DNA of 64,000 bases from an uncultured Chloroflexia bacterium (lineage in GTDB: Bacteria > Chloroflexota > UBA6077 > JACCZL01). The notes under the pieces are model-generated. The model had not been told where the DNA came from and searched no databases. It saw only the letters and a list, made by a program, of their open reading frames with translations. The DNA is taken from assembly GCA_963765765.1 (NCBI GenBank), contig CAVXYC010000020.1, forward strand, positions 128,001-192,000, in the 5' to 3' direction. A program made the translations under genes and the position numbers. Every line of letters begins with the position of its first letter. Positions within the stretch are counted from its first letter, which is position 1. Positions 62,177 to 64,000 of this stretch are shown here, one piece after another.

Positions 62177-62894
62177 CATCATCCCCGCCATCGATCTTTT
62201 TGGCGGGAAGTGCGTGCGATTGACTCAGGGAGACTACGCGCAGCAAACCGTCTACGGCGATGATCCTCCAGCGATGGCTGAGCGGTGGGTGTCACTGGGC
62301 GCGCAGCGTATCCATACTGTCGATCTGGAGGCTGCCAGGGCCGGCCGTCCCGTCCAGCTCGAGTTGATCGGGAAGATCGTGAAACGCGTTAGCGTTCCCG
62401 TCCAGCTCGGCGGCGGCATGCGGTCACGCGATCATGTCGATGCCGCATTCGATGTTGGTGTGCAATCGGTCGTCCTCGGAACGGCCCTCATCACCGATCC
62501 AGAGCTCGCGGACTGGTGTCTCTCGACCTATCCGGACCGAGTCATCGTTGGACTCGACGCACGCGACGGCCGTGTCGCGGTCAAAGGCTGGCAGGAAAGC
62601 ACCGACGTGCGCGCATTGGATATCGGCGAGGATCTAGCGCGCCGCGGGGCGCAAACAGTCATCTATACCGACATCAGCCGCGATGGAATGCTGAGCGGTC
62701 CCAACATCGAAGGCGTGGGAGCGATGGTGGGCACGGGAATGCGGGTCATCGCCTCCGGTGGGGTATCCACGCTCGACCAGATTATCGCTCTCCGTGATGC
62801 AGGGGCCGCGGGCGCCATCCTGGGAAAGGCCATTTATACGGGAGACCTGGACGTGAGCGCGGCGATCGCCGCCGTTTCTGAGGCTCGCAATTGA
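62169..62894 (+). CDS. hisA: ProFAR isomerase
   Basis: [50 protein letters not shown]. Confidence 0.96.
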   Translation: MFDIIPAIDLFGGKCVRLTQGDYAQQTVYGDDPPAMAERWVSLGAQRIHTVDLEAARAGRPVQLELIGKIVKRVSVPVQLGGGMRSRDHVDAAFDVGVQSVVLGTALITDPELADWCLSTYPDRVIVGLDARDGRVAVKGWQESTDVRALDIGEDLARRGAQTVIYTDISRDGMLSGPNIEGVGAMVGTGMRVIASGGVSTLDQIIALRDAGAAGAILGKAIYTGDLDVSAAIAAVSEARN

Positions 62895-62913
62895 TGCTCG
62901 AACAGCAAGTCTG

Positions 62914-62983
62914 GGTGGGACAGGCATCTCTGCCTGTTCAGTGCGCCGGCTTGAACAGGACAGGCAGAGATGCCCGTCCCACC
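62914..62983. repeat. GTGG-type REPIN-like inverted repeat inside the his operon
   Basis: GGTGGGACAGGCATCTCTGCCTGT / ACAGGCAGAGATGCCCGTCCCACC. Confidence 0.8.
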
Positions 62984-62996
62984 AGGTGACGGGGTA

Positions 62997-63770
62997 ATGT
63001 TGAGCAAGCGAATCATTCCCTGCCTCGACGTCAACCACGGCCGCGTAGTGAAAGGCATCACCTTTACGGGACTGCGCGATGCCGGAGACCCCGTTGAGCT
63101 AGCGGCAGTGTACAACCGCGAAGGCGCCGACGAGCTCGTGTTCTATGACATCACCGCCTCGGCCGAGGAGCGAGATATTTTCGGAGACGTGGTTCGTCGC
63201 ACGGCAGAGCAGGTTTTTATTCCGCTAATGGTTGGCGGCGGCGTTCGCAGCGCAGATGACATGCGCGGCCTGCTTCGGGCGGGCGCCGACAAGATATCCG
63301 TGAACAGTGCCGCGGTTGAGCGCCCAGATCTGATCGCCGAGGGCGCTGAGCGCTTCGGAAGCCAGTGCATCGTGCTCTCCATGGACGTGCTCTGGAACGG
63401 CGACTACTATGAGGTCGTCACTCATGGTGGACGCGTGCATCGCGGCATCGACGCCATCGAATGGGCGCGCCGCGGCGAGCAGCTTGGCGCTGGGGAGCTG
63501 TGCGTCAACAGCATCGACGCCGACGGCACCAAGAACGGTTACGAGATTCGGCTCACCCGAATGATCTCTGAAGCAACGACAATTCCGATCATCGCCAGTG
63601 GTGGCGCAGGCAATGTGGAGCACATGGAAGCCGCGCTGACTGACGGCAAAGCTGATGCTGCGCTTGCCGCGAGCATTTTTCACTTCGGAACCGTCCGCAT
63701 CAGCGAGGCAAAAGAATATCTGAGCTCGCGTGGCATTCCAATTCGACTGGAGGACGCGGCATGGCTGTGA
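62997..63770 (+). CDS. hisF: Imidazole glycerol phosphate synthase subunit HisF
   Basis: [58 protein letters not shown]. Confidence 0.97.
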   Translation: MLSKRIIPCLDVNHGRVVKGITFTGLRDAGDPVELAAVYNREGADELVFYDITASAEERDIFGDVVRRTAEQVFIPLMVGGGVRSADDMRGLLRAGADKISVNSAAVERPDLIAEGAERFGSQCIVLSMDVLWNGDYYEVVTHGGRVHRGIDAIEWARRGEQLGAGELCVNSIDADGTKNGYEIRLTRMISEATTIPIIASGGAGNVEHMEAALTDGKADAALAASIFHFGTVRISEAKEYLSSRGIPIRLEDAAWL

Positions 63771-64000
63771 ACAATTCGCCGCTGCAGGTGAAATTCGATC
63801 AAGCAGGCCTTGTTCCCGCCATCATCCAGCACGCCGAGAGCGGACAGGTTCTGATGCTGGGCTACATGAACGCGGAATCACTCCAGCGAACCATGGATTC
63901 GGGTCTCGTCTGGTTCTACAGCCGGAGCCGTCAGCATCTCTGGCAAAAGGGCGAGACATCGGACAATGTCTTGCGGGTTCAGAGCGTATCGCTCGATTGT
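63761..64000 (+). CDS. hisI: Phosphoribosyl-AMP cyclohydrolase (partial, runs off the window end)
   Basis: [27 protein letters not shown]..., [18 protein letters not shown]. Confidence 0.93.
   Translation, partial: MAVNNSPLQVKFDQAGLVPAIIQHAESGQVLMLGYMNAESLQRTMDSGLVWFYSRSRQHLWQKGETSDNVLRVQSVSLDC

Noticed and set aside
3454-63683. Long antisense or alternate-frame ORFs (e.g. 3454..4311, 6058..6720, 30311..31006, 35747..36463, 47675..48295, 61193..61870)
   Set aside because: Shadow ORFs opposite well-supported genes, expected in high-GC DNA; no recognisable motifs.
1-64000. CRISPR array or cas genes
   Set aside because: No regularly spaced direct repeats with unique spacers and no Cas motifs; the repeats found are isolated inverted pairs.

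Overview
GC-rich bacterial chromosomal segment. Gene content and style suggest Chloroflexota (large Alu-type SRP RNA, Rieske/LLM-F420/ABC paralogues, PIM-like lipid genes); this is an inference. The backbone is housekeeping and catabolic: gatA/gatC, 3-hydroxyacyl-CoA dehydrogenase, acyl-CoA synthetase, class III aminotransferase, folD, ggt, etfBA, rsmA, ispE, fumC, glmU, trmD, rel, pgsA/pimA-like genes, prfB with its programmed +1 frameshift, and hisHAFI. There are six tRNAs (all four Ser isoacceptors, Gln-TTG, Arg-CCG) and the SRP RNA. About 16 genes, several essential, carry single-base frameshifts that are best explained as uncorrected long-read errors. The most unusual part is an ~11 kb accessory island right after tRNA-Ser(GCT). 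It has no intact integrase but contains at least four co-oriented remnants of only the 3' end of one family of tyrosine integrase genes. These are interspersed with unrelated cargo: a HEPN-motif protein, a GYD protein, an RPPSG-tailed helical protein, a DUF5681 terminase-like relic, an AT-rich cyclooxygenase-like haem protein with distal His->Asp, a DUF6236-like protein and a YdjM-like hydrolase. Other points worth checking: REPIN-like inverted-repeat doublets in many intergenic regions, a FolD lacking the cyclohydrolase Lys, probable CTG start codons, a shared spacer motif in both tRNA-Ser pairs, three Rieske oxygenases without reductases, and a mycobacterial-style PIM cluster with two acyltransferases.
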